A stretch of 64,000 nucleotides of DNA. It comes from Squalus acanthias. Its lineage: Eukaryota. Below the pieces are notes generated by a model. The model was not told the origin of the DNA, did not search any database, and was given only the letters and a program-made list of their open reading frames with translations. The stretch's first letter is position 1, and each line of letters opens with the position of its first letter. Location: NCBI GenBank assembly GCA_030390025.1, contig CM059433.1:9612001-9676000 (forward strand), read 5' to 3'. This document shows positions 61,597 to 64,000 of this stretch, piece after piece. The position numbers were made by a program, and so were the translations under genes.

Positions 61597-62635
61597 GGCC
61601 GCGATTTTGCCGGCGCTCAGCGGACGGGATGGGTGGCGGTTCAGCTGTGAAATTTAAAATGATTGACAGCGGGTCGGGAACCCGCTGTCAAAACGCGCAC
61701 ACCTGCATTTCCCGATGTCGGGTCTGCCAGCGCTGAGCAGACCCGACAGGCAGCGGCGGGGGATCCAATTCAAATCATTAGTGGCTTGTTTACAGCCACT
61801 TAACAATGGCCCAAAAATTAGTGCCGCTATGCAAGAGTACGCACTGTGTACTCTCGCGTATTCTGTCTCCAATTGCCGGTTTTCTGCATGCACTGCGCAT
61901 GCGCTGAAAACCGGCACTTGGTGAATTCAAAAGGGGGCGGTTCCTAGGTGAACCGCGTGTGCGCTACAGGCTGCGCGCACGCAGTGCACTTTTCCCCCCC
62001 AGCTTTTTGAATTTGAAGGTCACCCACTGGTTTCCCGCTGTGCCTAGACCTCGTCTGTGAAGCTGAGGCGGGAGGTCAGTGGCCATTGAATCAGTTGATG
62101 AGTTGACAGCTTCAAATGTCAAGTCAAAGCTCCCAGCTGATTGAGAAATATTCCCTTAACCACTAGCTTCTCTAAACTGCATTTCCACTACAGATTCAGA
62201 ATGCTGCAAGTCTTTACACAAGTCTCCATTCAGTCTGACCTCATTACCTACCCCACCATTGACAGATCGCTTCTATCATCTCTACTTCACCTGCCATCTA
62301 GTCCATCAGCATGGGTGCACTTTATAGGCTCTCAATTGGTCCTCGGAATCTGACCACGATCAGCCTGGGTGCAGCCGTGCACCTCTGTGCAGTGCTTGTC
62401 AGTGTTTGCAGCACCTCAATGCTGTAGAACACTGACAGCAGAACTGCCAAAATCAATTTGCGCATGGTCCCTTTAAGGAAACCGGCTGATGACGCGTCAT
62501 CAAGTGATGTCACCAGACCCGCTTCCTTCGATTGGTTGGGAAACTCGCTGGGCGGGCTTAACAAGCCCAATCAGCGTAAGATCACTACAGAGTGGGCTGG
62601 AGCACTGCACCCACCTCGTAGGCGAAATCGCAGCC
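61597..62635. mobile_element. Non-autonomous Harbinger derivative (copy B, inverted relative to A)
   Basis: TIRs ggccgcgatttt / aaatcgcagcc. 62360-62580 is the reverse complement of 58960-59180. Confidence 0.8.
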
Positions 62636-63170
62636 AGCCTTTCTGTCCTTGGCTCCCGTAACTGTTCCAATGAAGCGCAATGCAAGCTCGAGGAACAGCA
62701 CCTCATCTTTCGACGAGGCACGTTTTACAGCCGACTGGCCTTAACGTTGAGTTGAACAACTTTCGATGTTATGCACTGCTCTCATTTTCTCTCGGCAACA
62801 GGTGCTGGTAATGGAGGATGGCGGCAGAAGAGGCACTGGGAGTGGAGAAGGAATGGGTTGGTGCTTGGGGTGGGGATCCTCTCTAGGTACAAGGCCAGTG
62901 GGGTGGTCCACACCCCTAGAGTCCACCTGACTTTCTTGCACCACGTTCCTGGGCCAGGGCAACCCTCTCCGCTTCGCTAGATTTCCAAGCTCTTCCCCCT
63001 GTGCTATTCTGCTGTAACCATTTACACCTCCTCTGGATCCATCGTTTGTTTCTATACTTGTCCTGTTATTTCTCACTTAATTACTCCTGCCCTCCACCCC
63101 ATCACAGATTCTCCCCCTTTTGTTCTTTTCCTGCCCACCTTTTCCCTGGCTCTGTATTTGCTGAAAAGCT
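62636..63170 (+). mobile_element. Penelope GIY-YIG C-terminus and 3' UTR relic
   Basis: SVLG...CSNEAQCKLEEQHLIFRRGT. The downstream pyrimidine-rich tract resembles 42590-42750. Confidence 0.7.
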
Positions 63171-63894
63171 GCTTGGGATCGGGTTTCCGATTGTTTCCGC
63201 TAGTTAGGACAGCGCAATCCAGGCAGAAGTGGCTGGACCAGCGCAAAAGTTTGGAGAATTTTAAACGCGTGTGATTGACGCCCAAGCCCACTTGCGTGTT
63301 TCCCGCGATATTTTGCGCTGGTTCGAGATTCGATTCGCCCGAAGCAGGCCCCGCCCACAAAGACCGGCCACACCCCCCCCAGGTCGAGATTGCGAGATTC
63401 CACCGACTGCGCTGGCTCAGGAAGGCCCTTCAAATTGCGCTTGTTTTCTTAGACGCACGGGCGCCAGTAGACACGTTATTAAAGTTCTTTCACATCAAAA
63501 AATATTCACTTTACTAAGAAACTGACTAGCGCACACCAATGAAACTGTTAAATGGTCCAGTCTAGTTTTTATAAGTCAATTTCGGTGATTTTAAATCACA
63601 GGTGGAGGACTGGACTTGTTCCCTTATTAAAAATGCTTATTTTTGGTGCTAAATCCATGTTCAGCTGTATTAATAAAACTGCAACAGGTTAAATACATCA
63701 GGGAATATTTTTTTAATGAAAAAAGGAAACAATTCCGTTCTATTGCGCTGGTTCACGGAAGATTTTACATTTGGGCTGGATTTTAATGGGGAATCCTGCA
63801 ACCTGCGCATATTCACTTGGTTCAGCTTTAACTTTATCTAAGGCACAATGCGAGCCTCGAAATGTCACGGCTCAATCTAGCCGCTGCTACTCAC

Positions 63895-64000
63895 AATTTC
63901 TGGTGTCGACCTTTTGAAATCCTCAGCCAAGCCTTTTACTGCACTGCTGTATAAGTCAAACTCTGAAGCGCTCTCCAAGGGTGCTTTTCCTCGGCAGCTG
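63895..64000 (-). CDS. Third copy of the NUP153-like exon (runs off the window)
   Basis: Open frame ...SCRGKAPLESASEFDLYSSAVKGLAEDFKRSTPEI|gtgagt. Flanking intron 63802-63894 matches 3521-3613 and 56795-56885. Confidence 0.6.

Noticed and set aside
1..64000. CRISPR arrays, rRNA or prokaryotic systems
   Set aside because: No repeat-spacer arrays, rRNA or operons; the content is vertebrate introns and transposons.

Overview
Eukaryotic, repeat-rich vertebrate DNA. The repeat set points to a cartilaginous fish (shark): CR1/HER1-type and L2 LINEs, Deu-domain tRNA-SINEs, Penelope elements and Harbinger MITEs. Most of the window is nested transposable elements. These include a complete Ty3/Gypsy LTR element of the CsRn1/Kabuki/Boudicca type (37390-41786), a two-gene Harbinger element with a large MITE/deletion-derivative family, and Penelope fragments whose pseudo-LTRs carry two families of minimal hammerhead ribozymes. 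Host genes: (i) a minus-strand spliced gene (>64000 to 29583) that looks like a strongly diverged, shortened NUP153 paralogue with one RanBP2-type zinc finger and no FG-repeat tail. A second tandem copy lies at the left edge (1-4762 is paralogous to 52814-57195), and one exon is present three times. (ii) An unidentified plus-strand gene whose coding region starts at 18431, next to a CpG island at about 17150-17950. A local inversion, probably from recombination between two inverted MITEs, splits an L2 element into oppositely oriented halves (58.0-62.6 kb). Protein-family comparisons are from memory and were not run as searches; many TE boundaries are approximate.
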